Positions 55,467-64,000 of a stretch of 64,000 bases of DNA are shown here, piece after piece. Source of the DNA: Polyangiales bacterium. GTDB taxonomy: Bacteria; Myxococcota_A; Polyangia; Polyangiales; JADJQN01. The DNA is taken from positions 864,001 through 928,000 of the forward strand of contig CAXNJO010000001.1 of the NCBI GenBank assembly GCA_964202905.1, in the 5' to 3' direction. The notes beneath the pieces were generated by a model that made no database searches, had not been told where the DNA came from, and saw only the letters and a list, made by a program, of their open reading frames with translations. The position numbers were made by a program, and so were the translations under genes. How positions within the stretch are numbered: position 1 is the stretch's first letter; every line of letters begins with the position of its first letter.

Positions 55467-57002
55467 ATGCTGATGAAGATTCGGACGGCCTGCAGGGGGA
55501 TGATCTCGCTCGCGCTCGTCGCGGCGTGTGTGTTCGGATGCGAGGACACGGCCCCGAGCGTGGAGCTGCTCGTGCAGACCGACCTCGCCCCGGGGGTCGA
55601 CTTCCACCTCGCGGAGGTCGCGCCCATCGCGCCGATCTTCGGGAGCGGTGAGCGCGTGCTGCCCGGCGCGGAGGTGCGGGTGCTTCGCGACGACGACTTT
55701 CGCAACGGACGCTCGGTCGCCGTGTTTGGCGACGTCGCGGCGGGTCTCCGCTATTTTCGCGCGCGCCTCCGCCGGGAAGACGGCACGCTCGTCGTCGAGA
55801 ATCGCGTCGCGGTGCGTGTCGCGGACGGCATCACGCGGGCGCGCGTCGTCCTCGACCGTGACTGTGTCGGGGTCGAGTGTCCGGTCGCGGGAGGGAGCGC
55901 GGCGCTGCTCGCCTGTGTCGGTGGGCGTTGCGTCGATCCCGCGCGCTGCGACCCGAGCGCGGAGCCGCCGCGGCTCGACTGCGACGGCGAGTCGGCCGAC
56001 CCCGCGGCGCCGCCGGCCCTGTGTGACGACGCCCGTCCGTGCCCCGACGCCCTGCTCGAGTGCGGCCGCCGCTACGAGTGCGATCCGGGGACGCGGACGT
56101 GTCGTGTGAGCGAGACGGATCTGTGTCGCGACGAGGAGGTGTGTGCGCTGCGAGAAGGCTGCGTCGCGCGGCGCGAGGATCGGTTTTCGGATGCAGGACC
56201 GATCGACGGTGGCGTGTCGGACGCCGGTCCCGCGGACGCGGGGAGTCCGGATGGTGGCGAGTCGGACGCCGGCCCGGACGACGCGGGTTCCGATGCGGGG
56301 GCGCCGGACGCCGGTCCGATGTGCTCGCCGGTGGATCGGTGGGAGTCCGCGTCGGGGCTGCTGCCGGATGAAGCGGGATGGGGTGTTCAGCGCGCCGGGA
56401 CGGGGTTTGCGCTCATGGTTGCGGGCACCGCGCGCATCGACACCCGGGCGGACATCGGCGACAGTTTCGCCTGGGACAAGTCGTACGAGAGCGTGACCGA
56501 CCGGTGGCGCATCCGGGGTCGAGGCCGCGTCCTCTTCGAGGAGGCGACTGACGTGAATCGGGGGGTCATCTGGGTCGTGGCACGTCGGGGGAGGGATGTG
56601 GTCTATTTCACGCTCACGCAGAGGGCGGATCCGGGGATGAATCAGGTGGCCTTTTCGGGCGCCGACGGAACCACCACCTTCATCGCCACCTCCGATACGT
56701 CGCTCCTGTGTCCGGGCGCGACGACCCGCACCTATGGATTCGACTTCGAGCTCGACGTCAACTGGGCTGTCAGCGGAGAGGGAGCGCGGACGGCGACGGC
56801 CGTCGTCACCAGCGATGATCCCTGTCGCCCGCTTCCCGATGGGACGATCCCTGCGCCACGCCGGACGGTGGTGTCCGCGCCGATTCAGGTAGAGCCCGGC
56901 TCGGTGCCAGGCGGCGTGGTCCGCTTCGGCGATCAGACCGCGCGGGCGTCGGGGGTCTCCGAGTGGGACTCCTTCGAGGTCGAAGCGCGTCGCTGTCCGT
57001 GA
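55467..57002 (+). CDS. Lipoprotein (beta-rich N-domain, Cys-rich region, DAG linker, lectin-like C-domain)
   Basis: VFGC lipobox; VELLVQTDLAPGVDF; LDRDCVGVEC...CVGGRC, similar in layout to 18691..20320. Confidence 0.75.
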   Translation: MLMKIRTACRGMISLALVAACVFGCEDTAPSVELLVQTDLAPGVDFHLAEVAPIAPIFGSGERVLPGAEVRVLRDDDFRNGRSVAVFGDVAAGLRYFRARLRREDGTLVVENRVAVRVADGITRARVVLDRDCVGVECPVAGGSAALLACVGGRCVDPARCDPSAEPPRLDCDGESADPAAPPALCDDARPCPDALLECGRRYECDPGTRTCRVSETDLCRDEEVCALREGCVARREDRFSDAGPIDGGVSDAGPADAGSPDGGESDAGPDDAGSDAGAPDAGPMCSPVDRWESASGLLPDEAGWGVQRAGTGFALMVAGTARIDTRADIGDSFAWDKSYESVTDRWRIRGRGRVLFEEATDVNRGVIWVVARRGRDVVYFTLTQRADPGMNQVAFSGADGTTTFIATSDTSLLCPGATTRTYGFDFELDVNWAVSGEGARTATAVVTSDDPCRPLPDGTIPAPRRTVVSAPIQVEPGSVPGGVVRFGDQTARASGVSEWDSFEVEARRCP

Positions 57003-57621
57003 TCGAGCGCCACGCGGCGCCGAGCAGGCGGATCAGCGCGTGACGAGCGAACTGGCGAGCGTGGTGTGGAGGGTGTCGCAGATCGACCCCTCCTGACCCA
57101 TCGCGCAGACGTGGCGGCCGCCGGTGCAGTATGTGTCGCTGTCTTCGTAGGTACCCGACAAGCACCCCGCGACCTCGCAGGCCGCGAGGTCCACCATCGT
57201 GTCTTGCGGGAGCGGGTCCGGGATGCTCGCGAGTCGTGTGAGCGGCACGCGCAGGCAGGTGCGATGTCCGGCGAAGAGCGCGCCGGAGTCCGTGCGAATC
57301 CGCCACACGGCGAGCACGTTGTCGCAAATGGCATCCTCGCAGAGCTCGAGACGGACGTTCACCGGCCGTGCGAGGTCGTCCGCGACGACGACGGATATCG
57401 GCAGATGGCGCCCCGGCTCGGTGGGGAGCGCCACGGTCGGTGTCGTGGGCAGTCCCACCCAGTCCCCGCCGACGTCGATTCCGACGAGTGCGCTCGCCCG
57501 TGCATGCCGGGCGGTGCCACCCCCTTGCACGGCGCTCCCGGCGGGCGGCAGCTCCACGTAGAGCTCGAGAATCGCATTCTCCGTGCAGCCCGCGGCCGCG
57601 CCGCCGAGGAGCACGGCGGCG

Positions 57622-59054
57622 CATAGATGGCCGGTTAACAAAAAACTGAACGAGTTCGATCGGTTGCGTCCTCGCTGCCGAACCAGGTTGCGGGTCGCGC
57701 GGGGACCTGACCTTCTCCGCCACCATGGACGGAGCCGAACTTCAGGATTTGCTGCGGACCCTGCTTCCGGACGAGGTGCTGCTGGAGGTCGCGACCGCGA
57801 CGGGCTTCCACCAGCGCGACCGGAAGCGCGACGCGCTGACGTTTCTGCGCACGATGCTGGTGTCGGCGTCGAGCCCCTCGGGCGGACGCCAGGCCGACAT
57901 GATGCGGCAGTACTTCGAGGCGGGCGCGCCGAGGATCGCTCGCGGCTCGTTCTACGACTGGTTCGGGCCACCGCTCGAGAAGGCGACCGCGGAGCTCGCG
58001 CAGATCGCGCTCTCGTTCGCGCGAGCCCAGGAGGTGGATCTCCCCGGTGTGCTCGGCGGCGTGCGTGACTGGCGCATCGTCGACAGCACGACGGTGAAGC
58101 TCCATCCCGCGCTGCAGGCCGTGTATCCCGGCGCGGGTGACTACGCCGCGGTGAAGGTTCACAAGACGGTCTCGGTCGGCTGCGGCACGGTCGTCGACTA
58201 CCACTTCAGTCCCGCGCGCGAACACGACTCGACCCATCTCACGATCGACGAGAGCTGGCGCGGGATGGGGCTCCTGGTCGACCTCGGCTACGCAAGCTTC
58301 GAGCGCCTGCGACGGTGCCAGGAGTTCGGCGTGAAAGTGGTTGTTCGGCTCAAGCACAACTGGAAGCCGAAGGTCACCAGAGTCGCCCGCGCCGACCTCA
58401 AGAAGACCTTCGTGCCAGGGACCGATCTCGACCTCTTCCTCGATGACGTCTTCCTCGAAGTCGGCAACGTCATCGACGTCGACGTCACCCTCGGGGGCGA
58501 CGCGCTCCCGATGCGACTCGTCGGCGTGCTCGCGCCTACCAAAGGTCATCGCTTCTACCTGACGAACCTGCCGCGCTCGGTCGGCCCGCACTCGGTGGCC
58601 GACCTCTACCGCGTGCGCTGGGAGGTCGAGAGCAGCAACAAACTCGACAAGTCGAATCTGCGACTCGACGAGATCGACGCGCAGCGCCCTGCGGCCGTGA
58701 ACGCGCTGCTGCACGCCTCCATGATCGCGTCGGTCCTGATCGGCTCGATCGTCCACCGACACAACCTGGCGCATCGGCCCGCCGCAGGTCCGCGGAACGA
58801 GGCACCGCTGCACCACCGGCTCGTTGCGCTCATGGTCGCGCAATGTGCCTACCGCATCGCGTGTGCGTTCCACCTCGAGGGCGAAGCCGCCGCCCGTGAG
58901 TGGGAACACCTCGCCGCCGTGATCGTGCACGTGGGAAAGGACCCGAACTGGAGGAGCAAGCCATCGATTCTCGATCAACTCCGCGGCTGGAAGGCCCCCG
59001 CCCGCGCGAAGAACAAGCTTTCTCGAAGGCGCGCGCTTTAACCGATCACTCATG
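57622..59054 (+). mobile_element. Complete IS4-family insertion sequence (1433 bp)
   Basis: Imperfect terminal IRs CATAGATGGCCGGTTAA and (reverse complement) CATGAGTGATCGGTTAA; 10-bp TSD CACGGCGGCG at 57612..57621 and 59055..59064. Confidence 0.9.
57725..59041 (+). CDS. IS4 family DDE transposase
   Basis: [31 protein letters not shown] (YREK signature). Confidence 0.92.
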   Translation: MDGAELQDLLRTLLPDEVLLEVATATGFHQRDRKRDALTFLRTMLVSASSPSGGRQADMMRQYFEAGAPRIARGSFYDWFGPPLEKATAELAQIALSFARAQEVDLPGVLGGVRDWRIVDSTTVKLHPALQAVYPGAGDYAAVKVHKTVSVGCGTVVDYHFSPAREHDSTHLTIDESWRGMGLLVDLGYASFERLRRCQEFGVKVVVRLKHNWKPKVTRVARADLKKTFVPGTDLDLFLDDVFLEVGNVIDVDVTLGGDALPMRLVGVLAPTKGHRFYLTNLPRSVGPHSVADLYRVRWEVESSNKLDKSNLRLDEIDAQRPAAVNALLHASMIASVLIGSIVHRHNLAHRPAAGPRNEAPLHHRLVALMVAQCAYRIACAFHLEGEAAAREWEHLAAVIVHVGKDPNWRSKPSILDQLRGWKAPARAKNKLSRRRAL

Positions 59055-59154
59055 CACGGCGGCGAATGCGGATGCGGCAGGACCCAGCGGGTGGCGATGA
59101 CGGCGCGACGGGGACGACATGTGGCGTGAGTGTCCGGGCCCCCGGCCTGCGCCG

Positions 59155-60561
59155 TCAATCCTCGTTCGGTGTCGGGATGTCGTCGGTGTCGAGGTCCTCG
59201 GACTCGAGTTCTCCGTCCGAGGCGGACGACCCCGTCCGCTTCAGGATGCGCTGAATGTCGCGGCGGTTCGTGCCGGCGAGCTCGGCCGCCCGCGTGACGT
59301 TGCCGCCCGTTCGCGCGAGCGCGTGCTCGACGTAACGCCGCTGAAACGTCTCGATCCAGCGCTCCTGCGCGACCGAGAGGGGGAGTTCGAGGAGGTCGGC
59401 GGGCACGTCGGTGGTGCTCGCGGCGGCCGGCGCGCGCGGCCCGGTTCGAAAAGGCCCGAGCAGCAGCTCCCGCTGCACGATGTTGCGGAGTTCGCGCACG
59501 TTTCCTGGGAAATCGTGGTGCACGAGGCGGGCGGCGAGCGCAGCGAGGGTGGATGGTTCGGGCCGGGGCCGCAGCGCCGCCGCGAAGCGGTCGACGAGCG
59601 CGGGGATGTCCTCGCGGCGCGTGCGCAAGGGCGGAATCTCCACGACCGCGACGGCGAGCCGGTAATAGAGGTCTTCGCGGAAGCGTCCCGCGTTGACCTC
59701 GGCGTCGAGGGGGCGGTGGGTCGCCGCGATCACGCGCACATCGACCGATCGGAGCCGTGTCTGGCCGACGCGCGCGACGCGTCGCGACTCGAGGACACGC
59801 AGCAGCTTGGGCTGCATCGCGAGCGGCAGTTCGCCGAGTTCGTCGAGGAAGATCGTCCCGCCGTCGGCCTCTTCGAACGCGCCCGGCGCGTCGGCGTTGG
59901 CGCCCGTGAACGCTCCCTTGACGTGCCCGAAGAGCGTCGATTCGACGAGGGTCGGCGCGATGGCCCCGCAGTCGACGACGACGAACGGGCCGTCCGCGCG
60001 GCCCGACCGCGCGTGAATGGCTTCTGCGACGAGCTCCTTGCCCGTGCCCGTCTCACCCTGAACGAGCACGGTGACGTCGGTGTTCGCCACGCGCTCGAGC
60101 AGGGCGAACATCCGGCGCATTTCGACGCTCGTTCCAAGCAGCGATCCGAAGCTCGCGTGCGGCGAGATCGGCACGTCGATGGCTTCGTCGACCACGTCCA
60201 CCACGAGGACCGTGCGGCCGATCCGGATACGCGTACCTGGTGAGAGGCGTATGCGGTAGACGCGGAGGTCACCGACCCAGGTGCCGTTTCGCGACTCGAG
60301 GTCCTCGAGGATCGGACCGGACTGCGTGAGCGAGATGCGCGCATGGTGGCGCGACACCGTCGGATCCTCGAGGAGAAGGTCGCTCCGGGGGCTCGAGCCG
60401 ATCTGCATCGGCCGCCCCTGGATGCGCAGCGACGCGCCGGCGTCCGGGCCTTCGATCACGTCGATGCGCAGGGCGGGAAGTCGCAGCGCCTGCCGACGAC
60501 CGTCGAGGACCGTCCCCTCCTCGTGGAGCCGATCGAAGCCGCGCCGCGCGTCTGCCGCCAT
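59155..60561 (-). CDS. FHA-domain sigma54-dependent transcriptional activator
   Basis: FHA (IGS...DPTVSRHH...DLESRNGT), [37 protein letters not shown]. Confidence 0.95.
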   Translation of the reverse strand: MAADARRGFDRLHEEGTVLDGRRQALRLPALRIDVIEGPDAGASLRIQGRPMQIGSSPRSDLLLEDPTVSRHHARISLTQSGPILEDLESRNGTWVGDLRVYRIRLSPGTRIRIGRTVLVVDVVDEAIDVPISPHASFGSLLGTSVEMRRMFALLERVANTDVTVLVQGETGTGKELVAEAIHARSGRADGPFVVVDCGAIAPTLVESTLFGHVKGAFTGANADAPGAFEEADGGTIFLDELGELPLAMQPKLLRVLESRRVARVGQTRLRSVDVRVIAATHRPLDAEVNAGRFREDLYYRLAVAVVEIPPLRTRREDIPALVDRFAAALRPRPEPSTLAALAARLVHHDFPGNVRELRNIVQRELLLGPFRTGPRAPAAASTTDVPADLLELPLSVAQERWIETFQRRYVEHALARTGGNVTRAAELAGTNRRDIQRILKRTGSSASDGELESEDLDTDDIPTPNED

Positions 60562-60664
60562 GCGGGCGCAACGTTATCACGGACGTGTGTTCCGGGGCCC
60601 CGCGGCGTCTCGCCGCCGAGAGCCCTCGACGCCCCGCGCTTCATCCCGAACATTGACGCGGGCG

Positions 60665-62644
60665 ATGCCAGGCGAGACGACGCAGGACGAGGCCCCGACA
60701 CCCGTCTCCGTGCGCTTCGCGATCGCGCGCCCGCCCTTCTTCGAGGGGGCGATCCGCACGGTCGCGACCTCGTTCGTCGCGCTGCTGGTCGTGCTCGCGC
60801 TCGACGCGCGCGGCGTCGAGGCGCTGCTCGCGCCGGGCGAGGCGCGCTCCATCGTGCTCGGCGGGTTCGCGCTGGTGTTCGGGCTCGCGTTGTGGCGCCT
60901 GCTCACGCGCCCGCGGGGCGACCTCGCCGTGGAGCTCGGTCCCTCGGCGCTCGAGCTCCCCCGCACGGTGTCTTCGCGCCGCACGGTGACGGTGCCCTAC
61001 GAGGAGATCCGTGACCTCGAGGTGCGTGGCGGTCCGCGCGGCGGCCTCCTGCTCATCGACACGCTGCGCGGCTTGCGCGTGCTGCCGCTCGCGCGCTTTC
61101 GCGACGCGACGGCCGCGGCCGCGCTGCCCCGCGCCGTGCGGGACCGCCTCCTCGCCCGCCCCGGGGGGCGCGCGCAGCTCGGGGAGATCGTGCAGCGCCG
61201 CCGGCACGCCGAGGCGCTCTCCACGCGCCGCGCCCGCGTGACCATCGCGGTGCTCGCGGTCCTCGTGCTCGCCTTCGTGCTCGAGCTGCGTACCGGGGCG
61301 CTCGACGACGCGGGCACCCTCGGGCTCCTGCAGCTCGGCGCGAGCGCGCCCGCGCTGGTGCGCGAGGGCGCGGTGTGGCGGCTCTTCACCGCGAACCTCC
61401 TGCACGGCGGCTTCCTGCACGCGATCATGAACGGCGCCGCGTTGCTCTCGCTCGGCGGGCTGCTCGAGCGCTGGCTCGGCGGTGCGCGCTTCACGTTCGT
61501 GCTGCTCGTCTCGTGCGTGGGCGGCTCGCTCGCTTCGGCGCTCGCCGCGCAGGCGCTCTTTTCCGTCGGCGTCTCGACGGGCCTCTTCGGCCTGCTCGGC
61601 GCGCTCGCCTTCGTGCACCTGCGGCACCGCGCCGTGCTGCCGGCCGGCTTTCGGCAGTCGCGCCTCTGGTGGCTGGTCATCCTCGGCCTGAACTTCAGCC
61701 TGCCGCTCGTGGTGCCCGTGATCGACGGGACGGGGCACGCGGGCGGGTTCGTGACGGGCTTCCTCGCGACCGCGCTCGTCGACCGCGGGATGCGCCCCGA
61801 CACGCCGGGCAGCGCCTGGCTCGCGCGGCTGCTCGCCTTCGTGACGGCGGGCGCCTTCGCCGTCTCCGTGGGCGTCGCCGTCGCGCACGGCAGCTCGCCC
61901 CGCGCGAACGCGCGCGACCTCGTGACGATCGCGCGCGCGCTGCTCGCGCGGCCCGTCGCATCCCCCGCGGAAGCCGAGCCGCTCAACGTCGTCGCGTGGA
62001 CGCTCGCGATCGGCCGCGACACGCCCGCCGACGCCTGGCCTCTGCTGCGCCGCCTGGCCGATCTCGCGGTGCGGCACGCGCTGCCCGAGGCGCGCAGCGA
62101 CTACCTCGACACGCGCGCCACCGTCTCCTATCGCCTCGGCCGCACGCAGCCCGCCGAGTACGACGAGGCGGTGCGGATCGAGCTGCAGGCGCTCGCGGCG
62201 GCGCCCGGTCCGGCGGTGCTGCCGCCCGAGTGGCGCGCCCGCCAGCAGCGCGCGTACGCGACGCAGCTCGCGCGTTTCCTCGATGCGCGGCACGCCGTCG
62301 CGGGGCCGATCGCCGTCGCCGCCGACCCGCGCCGCGTCACGGTGGCGCTCGAGCGCGAGGGCGTGCGCGCGCGGCACGAGGGGCGCGGCGAGGTGCTCGT
62401 GCATGCGGTCGTGCTCTCGGGCGGGGCCATCGCCGGGCTCGTCGAGGTCTGCGCGCACCCCGCGGGGGCGGCCGCGTCGCCCGAGGAGGTGGACCGCGCG
62501 CTCGCGCCCGCCGGCACCGACTCGCTGCTCCACAGCAAGCTCGTGATCGCCCGCGTCGACGGACGCCCCGATGCGTGCCGCGTCAGCCGCGTGCTCGCCT
62601 CGCCGCTCGTGGCCGCCGACGACGCGATCCTCGCGTATCCGTAG
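60665..62644 (+). CDS. Rhomboid family intramembrane protease with N- and C-terminal extensions
   Basis: WRLFTANLLHGGFLHAIMN, LERWLG, SVGVSTG (catalytic Ser), GHAGGFVTG (catalytic His). Confidence 0.85.
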   Translation: MPGETTQDEAPTPVSVRFAIARPPFFEGAIRTVATSFVALLVVLALDARGVEALLAPGEARSIVLGGFALVFGLALWRLLTRPRGDLAVELGPSALELPRTVSSRRTVTVPYEEIRDLEVRGGPRGGLLLIDTLRGLRVLPLARFRDATAAAALPRAVRDRLLARPGGRAQLGEIVQRRRHAEALSTRRARVTIAVLAVLVLAFVLELRTGALDDAGTLGLLQLGASAPALVREGAVWRLFTANLLHGGFLHAIMNGAALLSLGGLLERWLGGARFTFVLLVSCVGGSLASALAAQALFSVGVSTGLFGLLGALAFVHLRHRAVLPAGFRQSRLWWLVILGLNFSLPLVVPVIDGTGHAGGFVTGFLATALVDRGMRPDTPGSAWLARLLAFVTAGAFAVSVGVAVAHGSSPRANARDLVTIARALLARPVASPAEAEPLNVVAWTLAIGRDTPADAWPLLRRLADLAVRHALPEARSDYLDTRATVSYRLGRTQPAEYDEAVRIELQALAAAPGPAVLPPEWRARQQRAYATQLARFLDARHAVAGPIAVAADPRRVTVALEREGVRARHEGRGEVLVHAVVLSGGAIAGLVEVCAHPAGAAASPEEVDRALAPAGTDSLLHSKLVIARVDGRPDACRVSRVLASPLVAADDAILAYP

Positions 62645-62715
62645 CGCCCGCCGCGCACGCGCTGCGCGTGGTTGCGCTGCGCGTCGCGTCTGCGCCGGGG
62701 GCGCCGTGCGGCAAA

Positions 62716-62759
62716 GTGTAAAGTGTTACTTGACACCCGACGCGTGGCCCCCCCATAAC
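62716..62759 (+). promoter_or_regulatory. Promoter with palindromic operator overlapping -35
   Basis: GTGTAAAGT-GTT-ACTTGACAC imperfect palindrome containing TTGACA (62730..62735); CATAAC at 62754. Confidence 0.6.
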
Positions 62760-62766
62760 CTGCGTC

Positions 62767-64000
62767 GTGCAACCGATCGACTTCGTGTCCCCGGGCAGCG
62801 CCCTCCGCCGGCTCCGCGGCGCGCTCGCGCAGGCCCGTCGCGACCTGACGATGTTGTCCAGCTCGCTCCGCGGCGAGCTGCCGCCGGCGACGGTCGCGCG
62901 TGACCCGCGCCCGCGCCACGCCGCGCCTGCCGTCCGCGCGCCCGCGGCGGTCCCGGCCGACGCGCGCAGCCTCCGCGTCACGCGCGTCGTGCCGGAGACG
63001 TCGGACGCCGTCTCGCTGCACCTCGAGGACGTCTCCGGCGCACCGCTGCGCTTCGAGGCGGGGCAGTTCCTCACGTTCCTGCTCGAGGTCGGCGGCGACA
63101 CGCTGCGCCGCTCGTACTCGCTGTCGTCGTCGCCGCTCGACGGTCCGGGCGCGACGATCACCGTCAAGCGCATCGAGGGCGGGCGCGCCTCGACGTGGCT
63201 CAACGCCCACGCGCGCGAGGGGATGACGCTCACCGCGCTCGGGCCGCAGGGCGCGTTCGTGCTGCCGCCGCGCGACGCGCGTGGCCCGCGCGACGTCGTG
63301 CTCTTCGCGGGGGGCAGCGGCATCACGCCCTGCCTCTCGATCGCGCGCACCGTCCTCCGCGCCGATCCGGAGGCGCACGTCTCCCTCACCTACGGCAGCC
63401 GCACCGCAGACGGCATCCTCTTCCGCGACGCGCTCGCGCAGCTCCGCGCCGAGCACGGCGCGCGCTTCACGGTGCGTCTGCGGGTCGAGCAGCCGGGCGG
63501 CGTGTCGTCCGCGGGCGAACACGTCGAGCTCGGGCGCGTGGACCGGGAGGCGGTCGCGGCGACGCTCGCGCCACGCGCGACGGGGGCTGATGCGACGCGG
63601 CGCGACCTCTTCGTGTGTGGCCCGGCGCCGATGATGGAGGGCGTCTGCGCGGAGCTCGAGGCCCAGGGCGTGCCGACCGAGCGCGTGCACGTCGAGCGCT
63701 TCACGAGCCCCGAGAGTCCGCGCGCGGGCCGCGCCGAGCTGCCACCTCAACAGGTGGTCATCGCGTTCGAGGGCCGCACGCACGTGCTTCGCACCGAGCG
63801 CGGGCAGACGATCCTCGACGCGGCGAACGCCGCAGGCGTGCCGGTGCCCTTCTCGTGCGCGGTGGGTGGCTGCGGCGCGTGCAAGGCGCGCCTCGTCACC
63901 GGCACTGTGGACGTCGAGACGCCCAACTGTCTCACGCGCGACGAGCGCGCCGCCGGCTACGTGCTCACCTGCGTCGGCCGCGCGACGAGCGCGTGCAGCC
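62767..64000 (+). CDS. Ferredoxin-NAD(P) reductase with C-terminal [2Fe-2S] domain (PaaE/desaturase-reductase-like), truncated at window end
   Basis: Not in the ORF track (no stop). FEAGQFL, RRSYSLSS, GRAS, AGGSGITP, VCGP, ERF, PFSCAVGGCGAC...LTC. Confidence 0.9.
   Translation, partial: MQPIDFVSPGSALRRLRGALAQARRDLTMLSSSLRGELPPATVARDPRPRHAAPAVRAPAAVPADARSLRVTRVVPETSDAVSLHLEDVSGAPLRFEAGQFLTFLLEVGGDTLRRSYSLSSSPLDGPGATITVKRIEGGRASTWLNAHAREGMTLTALGPQGAFVLPPRDARGPRDVVLFAGGSGITPCLSIARTVLRADPEAHVSLTYGSRTADGILFRDALAQLRAEHGARFTVRLRVEQPGGVSSAGEHVELGRVDREAVAATLAPRATGADATRRDLFVCGPAPMMEGVCAELEAQGVPTERVHVERFTSPESPRAGRAELPPQQVVIAFEGRTHVLRTERGQTILDAANAAGVPVPFSCAVGGCGACKARLVTGTVDVETPNCLTRDERAAGYVLTCVGRATSACS

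Larger units (their letters stand above)
57033..59120 (-). pseudogene. Lipoprotein gene disrupted by the IS4 element within its signal peptide
   Basis: Removing 57622..59054 and one TSD gives MSSPSRRHRHPLGPAASAFAAVLLGGAAAGC-TENAILELYVELP... from ATG 59120 to stop 57033. Confidence 0.8.

Noticed and set aside
60665..62644. Rhomboid as the sorting enzyme for the MYXO-CTERM-like protein
   Set aside because: No linkage evidence; MYXO-CTERM processing is attributed to CAAX-type proteases, not rhomboids

Overview
Very GC-rich bacterial chromosomal window with a myxobacterial character (inference: Myxococcota, probably Polyangiales/Sandaracinaceae-like). Evidence: many Cys-rich lipoproteins with D-A-G linkers, three Hanks-type Ser/Thr kinases, TPR/PEGA-type proteins, two sigma54 enhancer-binding proteins and a MYXO-CTERM-like EGF protein. 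Recognisable genes are NRDE, an S9 peptidase, a D-aminoacylase-like amidohydrolase, TauE, GT2, acyltransferase 3, a DHH-like phosphoesterase, a spermidine-synthase-like membrane protein, add, dnaE2, imuB, imuA, an ABC-HlyD-TolC exporter, a rhomboid and a truncated ferredoxin reductase. Main points: (1) the imuA-imuB-dnaE2 cassette is split by about 8 kb, and both halves have near-identical promoters with a LexA-type box between -35 and -10; a third box precedes an ARPP-1/DUF6569-like gene. (2) A complete sigma54 promoter with two palindromic enhancer-like sites drives a three-lipoprotein operon headed by a protein with a bacteriocin-like glycine-zipper tail, inside a kinase/TPR/lipoprotein/FHA-EBP signalling module. 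(3) A temptin-like CxxCH domain is fused to EGF repeats. (4) A GT2 islet is flanked by an exact 48-bp duplication of the tauE 3' end. (5) A complete IS4-family element with a 10-bp target duplication splits a lipoprotein signal peptide. Several apparent frameshifts are probably sequencing/assembly indels. No rRNA, tRNA or CRISPR array was seen. All family calls come from motif recognition by eye; no searches were run.
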